This document shows, in pieces, positions 26,690 to 37,544 of a stretch of 64,000 bases of DNA. Origin of the DNA: Hypanus sabinus (Eukaryota); assembly GCF_030144855.1 (NCBI RefSeq), contig NC_082708.1, positions 143,530,001 to 143,594,000 of the forward strand, in the 5' to 3' direction. The stretch's first letter is position 1. Each line of letters begins with the position of its first letter. The position numbers and the translations under genes were made by a program. A model generated the notes under the pieces. That model had not been told where the DNA came from, made no database searches, and saw nothing but the letters and a program-made list of their open reading frames with translations.

Positions 26690-27790
26690 ACACTTTAAGA
26701 AGGGAGGAAGGCAAAAGAAAGGAAATTATAGGGCAGTTAGTCTAACCTCAGTGGTTGGGAAAGTGTTGGTGTCCGTTATTAAAGATGAGGTTTTGGAGTA
26801 CTTGGAGATTAATGATAAAAATGGCTTCTGTGAAGGGAAGTCTTGCCTGACAAACCTGCTAGAGTTCTTTGAGGAAGTAACAAGCAGGATGGATGAAGGG
26901 GAGGTAGTGAATGTCATTTACTTTGATTTTCAGAAAGCAGTTGATAAGGCCCACACATGAGGCTGCTGAACAAGATAAAATCCTATGGTGTTACAGGAAA
27001 GATGCTGACATGGATAGTGGAATGGCTGACAGGAAGGCAGTAGCGAGAGGGAATAAAGGAGGCCTTTTCTGGTTGGCTGCCAGGTGACTGGTAGGTGTTC
27101 CTCAGGTGTCAGTACTGAAACTGCTATTGGGAATGCAATGTTGGTATTCATTTCAAGGAAATAGAATGTAAAAAACAAGGAGATAATGCTGAGCCTTTAT
27201 AAAACAGTAGTCTGGCTGCACTTGAAGTATTGTCAACAGTTTTGGACCCCATATATCAGAAAGGATGTGTTGTCCTTGGAGAGAGTCCAGGGGAGTTTCA
27301 TGGGGATGATCCCAAGAATGAAGGGTTAATATATCAGGAGCACTTGGCAGTTTTGGGCCTGTACTCACTGGAATTTAGAAGAATTTGTGGGGATTGGGGG
27401 GAATCTCATTGAAACCTACTGAATGTTGAAAGGACCAGATAAGGTGGGTGTGGAGAGGATGTTTCCTATGGTGGGAGTTTCCAGAACTAGAAGGCACAGC
27501 CTCAAATTTGAGGGGTGACCCTTTAGAACAGAGGTAAGGAGGACATTTTTTAGCCAGAGAGTAGTGAATCTGTAGAATGCTCTGCCACAGACAGCTGAGG
27601 AGGCCAAGGCTGTGGGTATAGTTAAAGTGCAAATTGATGGTTTCCTGAGTGGTCAGGGCATCAAGGGTTATGGTGAGAAGGCAGGTGAATGGGATCTGGG
27701 ATCAGCCATGATGGAATGGTGAAGCAGAGTCGATGGGCTGATTGGCTTAATTCTGCTCCTATGTCTTATGTTATAATCTTGTGGATATGG
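26690..27790 (+). mobile_element. CR1 LINE, internally deleted RT and 3' end
   Basis: NYRAVSLTSVVGKVL...GKSCLTNLLEFFEEVT...VIYFDFQKAVDK; 3' UTR ctgctcctatgtcttatg. Confidence 0.88.
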
Positions 27791-28404
27791 CAATAAATTA
27801 ATCTGAATCTGTATTCTTGTAATGCATGGCCATGAGGTTCTCAATAAATGTACAGCTTTTGCTAAAATAACCATCAAGCAACAACTACTTAGGTTCCTTT
27901 GTATTTTTCTTGCTGTTTTTCAGAGTCCTTTGTGGTCTGACCTAACTGATATTCTCCCTTTGAGCAATACCTTAAGAATCTCTAGTTACTGTGGTTTACT
28001 CTGCTCATTGTTCACGTGGATCTGACAAGCTGACACATCCTCAAGCTTAGCAACAGGAAGCTAACTTCAGGAAATAACTTGCTATATGAAACAATTTGAA
28101 ACATTCCAACAATATGACGCTAATTTAAATTTAAGCAACTATCTTGCCAAGCCATAATACGATGTGAAGTCAGGCATCTTGAAGACAGGTATTTATTAAT
28201 TAAAGAGAATATTTTTTTCTCTGATGTCCTGAACAAAGGACTTACTTACCTTGCAGAATGTAATTGCTGTCAATCGAAACAGCAGTGAGAGAAGACTTAA
28301 CGCAATATTAAAACAGTGATAGAGAATAGTTACTTGCATAAAGGTTGGTGAAAATCTGCAATTCTCTCCTTCAGTTCCACCATCTCAGGAAAATTAAGTC
28401 AGGA

Positions 28405-28540
28405 AACACAAGAGATTCTGCAGATGTTGAAAATCCAGAGCAACACACAGAAAATGCTGGAGGAACTTAGCAGGTCAGGCAGCATCTATAGCGAGGAATA
28501 AATAGCCAGTGTTTCAGACCAAGACCCTTCATCAGGATGG
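28405..28540 (-). mobile_element. Penelope-like terminal repeat fragment with degenerate hammerhead ribozyme
   Basis: Minus strand CTGATGA-A-GGGTCTTGGTCT-GAAA-CAC at 28509-28535, followed by the family motif gatgctgcctgacctgctaagttcctccagca. Confidence 0.7.
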
Positions 28541-30489
28541 GAAAAACTTTAAGCAGTATGGATCCAAGGTGTCAAAATGGCAAGAGAACTGATCATCACT
28601 ATTTAGCTGACTTAGTAGAACAGGCTTAAGAGGCTAAATGTTTTGTTGATACTCCTGCGTTCTGAATTTGTTGGAAATCTACTTCTAGTTCCTTGAAGAA
28701 GTTAAACTTGAGTTTATTTCGTGACATATTGCCAAATAGTCTTTGCCTCTGCAGCCTCAATGAAACCCACCTTTCAAACCTGATGCTGATCCATTACTGT
28801 TGGATGAATGCTTTCTCTCTCTCTCTCATTTATACTGCTTAAGTGGCTCATTAGCTGCCTGAGAAGTGTGAAAGGAGTGTTATTGCAGGTGTGCGGTGAT
28901 TGGCTAGCTTACTATCATTCCCACTAATAAATTTATGTTCCCAAAATCGCTCATAATAAAACTATTCTAATCACTCTTTGATTGGCTGGGATTAAGTTCT
29001 ATGCAAAAAAGGGTCATTAATCCTTTATTCAAAAATGAGAGAAAGATATCTCCTCTCATTGTCATATTACCAGTTTAATCACTGCGTGGTCTAATAGTCC
29101 TAATTTCTCTCCCTATTTTTTCCCTGTTGTTGATTCTTACCACAGATGGTAGCAAATGCAGGAACTGAGATTGTGAAATAGCAGGGAATTTCATGATATT
29201 ACTGCATTACAATATTACATGTAAGGTTACATTGCAAAACCAACAGAAGGCATCATAACAACAAAGGCTGTTTTCTTGGAAGAACCCATTGCCTAATCAG
29301 CCATAAAATTCAGTCCGAAGTATAATTACTCCATTGATCACTAGAGCCTTGTTCAAGACTAACCACCATGAAAACGTATGTTTATGAATGTTACATATAC
29401 ATTTGGAATCTATTCCTGATCTGAACTAAAGTTCACAATGTGGGCATTCAATTAAGAAAATGAAAGAGATTCTAAATGAAGTTAATTTGTTATTTATTAA
29501 ATTGATTAATCAAAGATATGATAAAAATGAGGGTAATACATGTTTAAATTTTAATTGTACTGTAAACAGATGTAAAATCAGGTTTTCTTATTCTGCTTTG
29601 GAAAATATGAAAGTACTAATTACATCTGAATCACTTACAATTAAATTGTTTCCTAGATCTGATTTTGCTTAAGACCTGGGACAAACAAACATCCAGCAGA
29701 TGGGTTAATAATCATAATTGTAAGCTATATCCAATCAGCTGTCTTCTATCCAGCTCATTTTCCAATCCGTTGAATTCAATAGGATAAATAATATACGGCA
29801 TTTAAGAGTCAATGTCATATTCGGGTCATACACCACTGCCCAGATTTAAACAACCATTGTCCATTGTCATTTTATATATAAAGTTGAGCCTCCTTTATCA
29901 GACATGAAACTATGAAAGTGGCAGTGTGGCCTGTTAGTAGCATGCCCCTGTTCCCTTTCATCACCATATCCTCTCAAATCAGTCTAATTTAGAGCTAAGT
30001 TGATAGACGTTATTTATTTTGATGATTTGTAATCCTGGAGTCTACCAGCTACTGGAATAATTTTATTAAATTTATGTTTACTGAACAACATCCCTTTAAT
30101 TAAGTTGAATTAATGACAGTCAACTTTAATTTGGCTTCCTGCAGCAGCTAAAGTCTGGTAACAGGAATTTTTTTAACTTTCTTTGCTGGAGTATTTTGTT
30201 GTTGTCAATATATTTATATTGACTCCCTCTTTAGATGTAGAAGCCTGTAATACTTCCTGTCCGAGAGAGCAGCAGGCAAGCTGTTTTTGCCATCATTCAT
30301 CCTATGCTTTTATTTAATCTGTGCAGCCTACTAGCCTTTCATTATAAAGATGCTGACTCACACTGCGTCCAATTCCACAGGAGTTGACACTGCTTGAAAG
30401 GATAGCAAAAGCAAATTCAATAGCAATTTTAAGAAGGGAAAATGATTAATATTTGAAGGGGAAGATCATTCCCTATGGGGAATAGTTAG

Positions 30490-30741
30490 CATGCAACTCT
30501 ATCATCTCCTCAAACTGATAACTAAACTCCAAGACCTGGGTCTCTCTGTGCAAGGGGATCCTCAATTTCCTCACCGGCAGACCCAGTTAGTACGGATTGA
30601 AAACAACATCTTCTCCACACTCAACATCAACATAGGGGCACCATAAGGCTGTGTGCTTATCCCCTTCCTCTACTCACTTTATACTTGTGATTCATTGCCT
30701 AAGTACATTTCCAATACTGTAGTTAAGTTTGTTGATGACAC
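30490..30741 (+). mobile_element. Rex1/Babar RT fragment hosting the Gypsy insertion; resumes at 34961-35000 and 35700-36400
   Basis: GAP*GCVLIPFLYSLY...VKFVDD|TTIVGQI is split by the LTR element. Confidence 0.85.
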
Positions 30742-30955
30742 TGTAGCGGTGTGCTACAAGCAGCGCTAAAATTACGACACGGAGTCGGTAGCTGCAGTCG
30801 AAGGAAAAACTTTATTCGAAAACTTCAGCCTCACTTTTAAGCCTCTGTCAACCGGCCCCCCATGGCGAAGAGGCTCCAAAGCTCTGTGCTCGCAAACCCC
30901 CGTAGGCTATCTAATTGTGAGTCGGTTCGGATACGCTAGGAAATGAGGCGCTACA
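30742..30955 (-). repeat. 3' LTR of copy 2
   Basis: Termini TGTAGCG...CGCTACA form a 7-bp inverted repeat; AATAAA on the minus strand; G10 PPT at 30959-30968. Confidence 0.97.
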
Positions 30956-33900
30956 TAACCCCCCCCCCAGAACCGGCGATACACCCCCCAATGTCCACAG
31001 CCTGGGCCAGAACCTGCTTGGGAGGTCGGCCTCTGCGCCGAGGCTCTGGAAACTCGGCCGGTTGCGCCAGGTCCACATGGGCCGGCTTGAGGCGGTCCAC
31101 CGTGAAAACCTCCTCCTTCCCCCCAACGTCCAGCACGAACGTGGACCCGTTGTTCCGGAGCACCGTAAACGGCCCCTCGTATGGCCGCTGCAGCGGTGGC
31201 CGATGCCCGCCCCTTCGTACAAACACAAACTGACAGTTCCGTAGGTCTTTGGGTACGCAGGTCGGGTGCCGCCCATGCTGTGAAGTGGGTATGGGGGCCA
31301 GGTTACCGAGCTTCTCGCGAAGTCTGCCCAGGACTGCAGCGGGTTCTTCCTCTTGCCCCCTCGGGGCTGGTAGGAACTCCCCGGGGACGGCCAGGGGCGC
31401 GCCGTATACCAACTCGGCCGACGAGGCGTGCAGGTCGTCCTTGGGTGCTGTGCGGATGCCGAGAAGGACCCAGGGAAGCTCGTCCGCCCAGTTGGCTCCC
31501 CGCAGGCGGGCCATGAGGGCCGACTTCAGGTGACGGTGGAAACGCTCCACTAGCCCGTTCGACTGTGGGTGGTAGGCAGTGGTGTGGTGCAGCTGAGTCC
31601 CCAAAAGGCTGGCCATAGCTGACCACAGGCTGGAGGTGAACTGGGCGCCTCTGTCGGAGGTAATGTGGGCTGGTACACCAAAGCGGGATATCCAGGTGGC
31701 GAGCAGGGCTCGGGCGCAAGATTCGGAGGTGGTGTCAGTGAGCGGGACCGCCTCTGGCCATCTTGTGAACCGGTCCACGATAGTCAGGAGGTAACGCGCT
31801 CCGCGCGACACTGGCAGGGGGCCCACGATATCCACATGAATGTGGTCGAAACGCCGGTGGGCGGGATGGAACTGCTGCGGTGGGGCTTTGGTGTGCCGCT
31901 GAACCTTGGCCGTCTGGCAGTGCATGCACGTTCTGGCCCATTCACTGACCTGTTTGCGGAGACCGTGCCAAACGAACCTGCTGGAAACCAGCCGGACAGT
32001 TGTCCGGATGGAGGGATGCGCCAAGTTATGAATGGAGTCGAAAACACGTCGCCGCCAGGCTGCGGGGACGACCGGACGGGGCCGGCCGGTGGCGACGTCA
32101 CAGAGTAGGGTCCTCTCACCTGGGCCCACGGGGAATTCCTGGAGCTGCAAACCAGAGACCGCAGTCCTGTAACTCGGAATCTCCTCATCTACCTGCTGTG
32201 CCTCTGCCAGTGCCTCAAAGTCTACCCCTTGGGAAAGGGCATGAACGGTAGGGCGAGAGAGCGCATCCGCCACGACATTGTCCTTACCCGAGACGTGCCG
32301 GACATCCGTTGTGTATTCAGAGATGTAGGACAGGTGGCGTTGCTGGTGGGATGACCAGGGGTCGGATGCTTTCGTAAACGCAAAGGTAAGCGGTTTGTGG
32401 TCCGTGAACGCGGTGAAGGGCCGACCTTCTAGGAAGTACCTGAAATGCCGGATTGCCAGGTAGAGCGCCAACAGTTCCCGGTCAAAAGCACTGTACTTGA
32501 GCTCGGGTGGCCGCAGGTGTTTGCTGAAAAACGCCAGGGGTTGCCAGCGACCTGCGATGAGCTGCTCCAGCACCCCACCGACTGCCGTGTTTGATGTGTC
32601 CACTGTGAGGGCGGTAGGGGTGTCCATTCTGGGATGTACTAGCATTGCGGCGTCAGCCAAAGCTTCCTTCGTTTGAACGAAAGCGGCGGCGGACTCCTCG
32701 TCCCAGGTAATGTCCTTGCTTGGACCCAACATCAGGGCGAACAGGGGGCGCATGATCCGGGCAGCTGAAGGGAGGAAGCGGCGGTAGAAATTGACCATAC
32801 CTACGAATTCCTGAAGGCCTTTGATCGTGGTGGGTCGGGGGAAGTGGCGGACCGCATCTACCTTAGCGGGCAGAGGGGCTGCCCCGTCTTTAGTAATCCT
32901 GTGGCCCAGGAAGTCAATGGTATCAAGTCCGAACTGGCATTTGGCAGGGTTGATTGTAAGACCGTACTCACTCAGTCGGGCGCAGAGTTGACGGAGGTGG
33001 GACAGATGCTCCTGACGACTGCCGCTGGCTATGAGGATGTCATCCAAATAGATGAACGCGAAGTCCAGGTCCCGTCCCACCGCGTCCATTAACCGCTGGA
33101 ACATCTGTGCGGCATTCTTCAGGCCGAACGGCATGCGGAGGAACTCGAAGAGGCCAAACGGGGTGATGAGAGCCGTTTTGGGGACGTCGTCAGGATGCAT
33201 CGGGATTTGATGGTACCCTCGGACAAGGTCGACCTTGGAGAAGATCCGGGCGCCGTGCAGGTTTGCCGCAAAGTCCTGAATGTGCGGCACAGGGTAGCGG
33301 TCCGGTGTGGTAGCCTCGTTCAGCCTGCGGTAGTCGCCGCACGGTCTCCAGCCCCCCTTCGCTTTGGGCACCATGTGCAGGGGGGAAGCCCAGGGGCTGT
33401 CGGACCGCCGGATGATCCCCAATTCCTCCATTCTCTGGAACTCCTCCTTCGCCAGTCGGAGCTTGTCCGGGGGAAGCCGCCGAGCACGGGCATGGAGGGG
33501 TGGTCCCTGTGTCGGGATGTGGTGCTGTACGCCGTGCCTGGGCATGGCTGCTGTGAACTGCGGTGCCAGAACCGATGGGAACTCCGCCAGGACCCTGGTG
33601 AAATCGTTGTCGGACAGCGTGATGGAGCCGAGGTGAGGGGCTGGCAACTGGGCCGCGCCCAGGGAGAACGTCTGAAAGGTCTCGGCGTGTACCAGTCTCT
33701 TCCTGGGCGGGTCAACCAGCAGGCTGTGAGCTCGCAAAAAATCCGCACCCAGAAGCGGTTGGGCTACGGCGGCCAGTGTGAAGTCCCACGTGAACTGGCT
33801 GGGGCCGAACAGTAGCTGCACCTGACGGGTGCCATAGGTCCTTACTGTGCTGCCATTCACGGCCCTCAGGGGGGGACCCGGTGCCCTGCTGCGGGTGTCG

Positions 33901-34037
33901 TAACTCGTCGGAGGTAAAACGCTGATCTCAGCCCCAGTATCGACCAAAAACCGGCGTCCCGACCTTCTATCCCACACATACAGGAGGCTATCCCGATGGC
34001 CAGCCGCCGTAGCCATCAGCGGCGGCTGGCCCTGGCG
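30951..34037 (-). CDS. pol: Pol (protease-RT-RNase H-integrase), in the -1 frame relative to gag
   Basis: Within ORF 30951-34106: [14 protein letters not shown], RNase H D-E-D-D (VDTS, ELLA, TDHKPL, ADALSR), HNLAH..CMHC, HVDIVG/SDRG/LVERFH, YEGPF. Confidence 0.96.
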   Translation of the reverse strand, partial: RQGQPPLMATAAGHRDSLLYVWDRRSGRRFLVDTGAEISVLPPTSYDTRSRAPGPPLRAVNGSTVRTYGTRQVQLLFGPSQFTWDFTLAAVAQPLLGADFLRAHSLLVDPPRKRLVHAETFQTFSLGAAQLPAPHLGSITLSDNDFTRVLAEFPSVLAPQFTAAMPRHGVQHHIPTQGPPLHARARRLPPDKLRLAKEEFQRMEELGIIRRSDSPWASPLHMVPKAKGGWRPCGDYRRLNEATTPDRYPVPHIQDFAANLHGARIFSKVDLVRGYHQIPMHPDDVPKTALITPFGLFEFLRMPFGLKNAAQMFQRLMDAVGRDLDFAFIYLDDILIASGSRQEHLSHLRQLCARLSEYGLTINPAKCQFGLDTIDFLGHRITKDGAAPLPAKVDAVRHFPRPTTIKGLQEFVGMVNFYRRFLPSAARIMRPLFALMLGPSKDITWDEESAAAFVQTKEALADAAMLVHPRMDTPTALTVDTSNTAVGGVLEQLIAGRWQPLAFFSKHLRPPELKYSAFDRELLALYLAIRHFRYFLEGRPFTAFTDHKPLTFAFTKASDPWSSHQQRHLSYISEYTTDVRHVSGKDNVVADALSRPTVHALSQGVDFEALAEAQQVDEEIPSYRTAVSGLQLQEFPVGPGERTLLCDVATGRPRPVVPAAWRRRVFDSIHNLAHPSIRTTVRLVSSRFVWHGLRKQVSEWARTCMHCQTAKVQRHTKAPPQQFHPAHRRFDHIHVDIVGPLPVSRGARYLLTIVDRFTRWPEAVPLTDTTSESCARALLATWISRFGVPAHITSDRGAQFTSSLWSAMASLLGTQLHHTTAYHPQSNGLVERFHRHLKSALMARLRGANWADELPWVLLGIRTAPKDDLHASSAELVYGAPLAVPGEFLPAPRGQEEEPAAVLGRLREKLGNLAPIPTSQHGRHPTCVPKDLRNCQFVFVRRGGHRPPLQRPYEGPFTVLRNNGSTFVLDVGGKEEVFTVDRLKPAHVDLAQPAEFPEPRRRGRPPKQVLAQAVDIGGCIAGSGGGVM

Positions 34038-34043
34038 TTTCCC
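33986..34043 (-). promoter_or_regulatory. -1 programmed ribosomal frameshift signal (slippery heptamer plus stem-loop or pseudoknot)
   Basis: G GGA AAC in the gag frame (34037-34043), 5-nt spacer, then a perfect 12-bp stem GGCCAGCCGCCG/CGGCGGCTGGCC. Confidence 0.85.
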
Positions 34044-34702
34044 GGGAACTTGCAGGGCGGGCGGCAATGGCGGGCTTCTGCGCCCCACCGCTGGTGGTAG
34101 AAGCACCAGTGGTCATTGGGCCGGGGGTTAGTGGGCTCTGCGGCCGGGCCTGGACTGGTTTGCTGCCGGGAGCGTGGCTGGGAGATCTGTGCGATGGACG
34201 CCCCGCTCACCTTTTTGGCGTTCCACAGCAAGTCCGCCCGGGCTGCCACCTTCCGGGGGTCACTGAAATCCGCGTCGGACAGCAGCAGGCGTATGTCCTC
34301 GGGCAGCTGCTCCAGGAATGCCTGCTCAAACATGAGGCCTGTGTGTCCCTCGGCCAGAGACAACATCTCATTCATTAAAGCCGATGGAGGTCTGTCGCCC
34401 AAGCCATCCAGGTGCAGTAAACGGGCAGCCCGCTCGCGCCGTGAGAGTCCGAAAGTCCTGAGGAGCAGGGCTTTGAATTCCGTGTACTTGCCGTCTGCCG
34501 GGGGCGACTGTACGAACTCCGCGACCTGGGCAGCTGTGTCCTGGTCGAGGGAGCCCACCACGTAGTAGTAGCGGGTGTCTTCTGAGGTGATCCGGCGAAC
34601 GTGGAATTGGGCTTCGGCTTGCTGGAACCATAGGTCCGGGCGCTGTGTCCAGAAACCCGGCAGTTTCAACGAAACCACATGAACAGAGGCGGCGTCGGTC
34701 AT
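34016..34702 (-). CDS. gag: Gag, 228 aa, with CHCC (C-x2-H-x9-C-x3-C) nucleocapsid motif
   Basis: ATG at 34702; [18 protein letters not shown]...[24 protein letters not shown]. Confidence 0.92.
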   Translation of the reverse strand: MTDAASVHVVSLKLPGFWTQRPDLWFQQAEAQFHVRRITSEDTRYYYVVGSLDQDTAAQVAEFVQSPPADGKYTEFKALLLRTFGLSRRERAARLLHLDGLGDRPPSALMNEMLSLAEGHTGLMFEQAFLEQLPEDIRLLLSDADFSDPRKVAARADLLWNAKKVSGASIAQISQPRSRQQTSPGPAAEPTNPRPNDHWCFYHQRWGAEARHCRPPCKFPGNARASRR

Positions 34703-34726
34703 TTCTGGTCCAAAAATCGTTTGGAC

Positions 34727-34740
34727 CGTCGGGGTCACCA
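34727..34740 (-). promoter_or_regulatory. Primer-binding site, tRNA-Trp (copy 2)
   Basis: TGGTGACCCCGACG is complementary to the 3' end of vertebrate tRNA-Trp, as in the avian leukosis virus PBS. Confidence 0.9.
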
Positions 34741-34742
34741 AT

Positions 34743-34956
34743 TGTAGCGGTGTGCTACAAGCAGCGCTAAAATTACGACACGGAGTCGGTAGCTGCAGTC
34801 GAAGGAAAAACTTTATTCGAAAACTTCAGCCTCACTTTTAAGCCTCTGTCAACCGGCCCCCCATGGCGAAGAGGCTCCAAAGCTCTGTGCTCGCAAACCC
34901 CCGTAGGCTATCTAATTGTGAGTCGGTTCGGATACGCTAGGAAATGAGGCGCTACA
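34743..34956 (-). repeat. 5' LTR of copy 2
   Basis: No differences from 30742-30955 on manual comparison. Confidence 0.97.
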
Positions 34957-35000
34957 ACACCACTATTGTTGGCCAAATCAGAAGTGTGACAAATCGGCAT

Positions 35001-35699
35001 CAGAATCAGGTTTATTATCACCGGCATGTGATGTGAAATTTGTTAACCTAGTAGCAGCAGTTCAATGCAATACATAATATAGAAGAAAATAATAATATTA
35101 AATAAATATGTAAATTTTATTCAGTATACCTTAAAAATTATATGAATATTGAATAGATTAAAAATCATGCAAAAACAGTAATATTATATATTGTTTTAAA
35201 AAGTGAGGTTGTGTTCACAGGTTCAATGTGCATTTAGGCATCAAATGACAGAGGGGAAGAATCTGTTCCTGAATCGCTGAGTGTGTGCCTTCAGGCTTCT
35301 GTATCTCCTACCCAATGGTAACAGTGAGAAGAGGGCATGGCCTGAGAGCTGGAGATCCTTAATAATGGATGCTGCCTTTCTGAGACACCTCTCCTTGAAG
35401 ATGATACTTTTAGGCTGGTGCCCAAGATGGAGCTGACTAAATTTACAACTCACTGCTGTTTCTTTCGGTCCTGCCCCCACCAGTGATGCAGCCTGTCAGA
35501 ATGCTCTCTGTGGTACATCTGTAGAAGTTATTGAGTGTATTTGTTAACATATCAAATCTCTTCAAACTCCTAAAAAACTATAGCCGCTGTCTTGCCTTCT
35601 CTACAACTGCATCAATATGTAGGGACCAGGTTAGATCCTCAGAGATCCTGACACCCAGGAACTTGAAACTGCTCACTCACTCCACCTCTGATCCCTCTG
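35001..35699 (-). mobile_element. Rex1-type LINE 3' fragment with (GATTCT)n tail
   Basis: RCLRKAASIIKDLQLSGHALFSLLPLGRRYRSLKAHTQRFRNRFFP; same 3' UTR as the copies at 41960 and 49692. Confidence 0.85.
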
Positions 35700-36400
35700 T
35701 GGGAGGGAAACTGAAAATCTGGTTGAATGGTGCCACAACAATCTCTCACTAAATCGCAGCAAAATGAAAGATATGATTATCAGCTCCTGGAAGAAGAAGC
35801 TAGAGGTCCATAAGCCAATCCTCATTAAGGGGATCAGAGGTGGAGAAGGTCAGAAGCTTTACATTCCTTGGCATTAACATATTGGAGGATCCGTTCTGGG
35901 ACCATAATTCAAGTGTCATAATGAAGAAGGCATGACAACACTTCAGTTTTCATAGGAGTCTGCAAAGATTCAGCTTGACAGATTTCTACAGATGCAGTAT
36001 TGTAACTGGTAGCATCATGGCCTGGTATGACAACATCAATGCCCAGGAATGGAAAATGCCACAGAAAGAGGTGGATGCAGCCCAATTCATCACAGTAACG
36101 ACCCTCTCCACCATTGGCAGGGAGCACTGCCACAAGAAAGCAGGATCAATCATCAAAGACCACCAACATCCAGGCCATGCTCTCTGCTCACTACTACCAC
36201 TGGGCAGGTATAGAAGCTTCAGGTCCCATCTCACCAGGTTCAGAAACAGTTATTACCATACAATCATTAGGCTCCTGAATGGACATGGATAACTTCCTTC
36301 ACCACTAATCTAAACTAAGCCTACAACCTACAGCCCCAATTTAGGGACTCTCTACAACTCACATTTTCCGTATTATTTTTTATTGGCACAGTTTGTTTCT
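35700..36400 (+). mobile_element. Rex1-type LINE 3' part (continuation of the host element from 30490)
   Basis: RETENLVEWCHN; HPGHALCSLLPLGRYRSF..RFRNSYY. Confidence 0.8.
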
Positions 36401-36709
36401 ATTTATTTACTTATTGAGATACAGCTTGGAATAGGCGCTTCTGGTCCTTCGAGCTACACTGGCCACCAACCCCACATGGGATGATCATGCTACACGTGCA
36501 AGAGCTGGACCCCTCAAATTCTCTGTGAGAATGTACAATGTGGCTGGAAAATGACATTTTTTGCTACTGTAGCACCAATCAAATTTCTTCTTTCCCTAGG
36601 CAATTGTGCTGTTGAAATACATATGCAGTTCCCTTTTAAGAATTACTAATGAATTTACTTTTGCTGTTCTTTCAAGAGGTGCATTTCAGATCATAATATT
36701 CTGTTGCAC

Positions 36710-36960
36710 AGACACAAGAGATCTTGCAGATGCCAGAAATCTTGAGCAACAGGTCAGGCAGCACCTCTGGAGGGAAATAAACAGTCAGCGTTTTGTGCCG
36801 AGGACCTTGATGAGTTGTGATAAAGAGTCTTGGCCCAAAATATCAGCTGTTTATTTCCATCCATTGATGTTGCCTGACCTGCTGAGTTCCTCCAGCTCTG
36901 TGTGTATGTTGCATCATATCCTCTTTATGGTTTGTATCTCAATCTGCAGCATCTGCACCC
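36710..36960. mobile_element. Penelope-derived inverted-repeat element
   Basis: Arms caggtcaggcagcacctctggagggaaataaacagt and gctgtttatttccatccattgatgttgcctgacctg are inverted copies; degenerate hammerhead-like cores lie at the centre. Confidence 0.65.
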
Positions 36961-37544
36961 TGCTAAGAACCTTGCATCCACCTAATCTTTATTTCCACTA
37001 GTTGCTCTTCCACATTTGTGAGTCACTATTTGCAAATCCAGCTACCAGCTTAACCAAGATCCAATTGAGACTTGGCTATGAGTCAGCTCACAGTCTGAGT
37101 GAGTTTTCACCACAGTGCAAGTCCTCGCATGAGTAAACATTGCCTGCCAGAATCTCCCCATCTCTAGTGGCCAACACATCAAGCCTCTTAATTCCTGACA
37201 TCACCTACTCGATATCTGTCAGTATCTGTAGAGTGAACCCAGACTGCAAATTCTATTCTTCCTGGTGTTAAGTGTAATCTTCTCAAACAAGTTGGGAAAG
37301 GAAGGTTCATTGCTGAGAGTAATGGAAAGTGTGGAATGAATTCATGAAGAATTCCTGTTAAAGAGTATCGATGAAAAATGAGTTCACTTTTGACCAAAGC
37401 TAATCGCAGCAACAAGAAATACTGTATGTGTTACTATGTGTGTTTATATTTTGTAGCCTGGAAAAAGAACACACTTGGGACAACAAATTCTTTTTCAGGT
37501 CTTTAATTCCTTTATCTGTTTTAGAGGTTTTAATGTAGAAAGAG

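Larger units (their letters stand above)
30742..34956 (-). mobile_element. Intact Ty3/Gypsy LTR retrotransposon, CsRn1-type (copy 2), 4215 bp
   Basis: Identical 214-bp LTRs, 4-bp TSD ACAC (30738-30741/34957-34960), 14-nt tRNA-Trp PBS, PPT, and uninterrupted gag and pol. Confidence 0.98.

Noticed and set aside
28250-28266. Possible minus-strand 17-nt micro-exon (cag|...AAG|GTAAGT)
   Set aside because: Weak polypyrimidine tract, not frame-preserving, and no partner exons identifiable; needs RNA-seq.
30742-34956. env or chromodomain in the intact element
   Set aside because: Pol runs into the 3' LTR, leaving no room for env, and the short tail after GPF shows no chromodomain.
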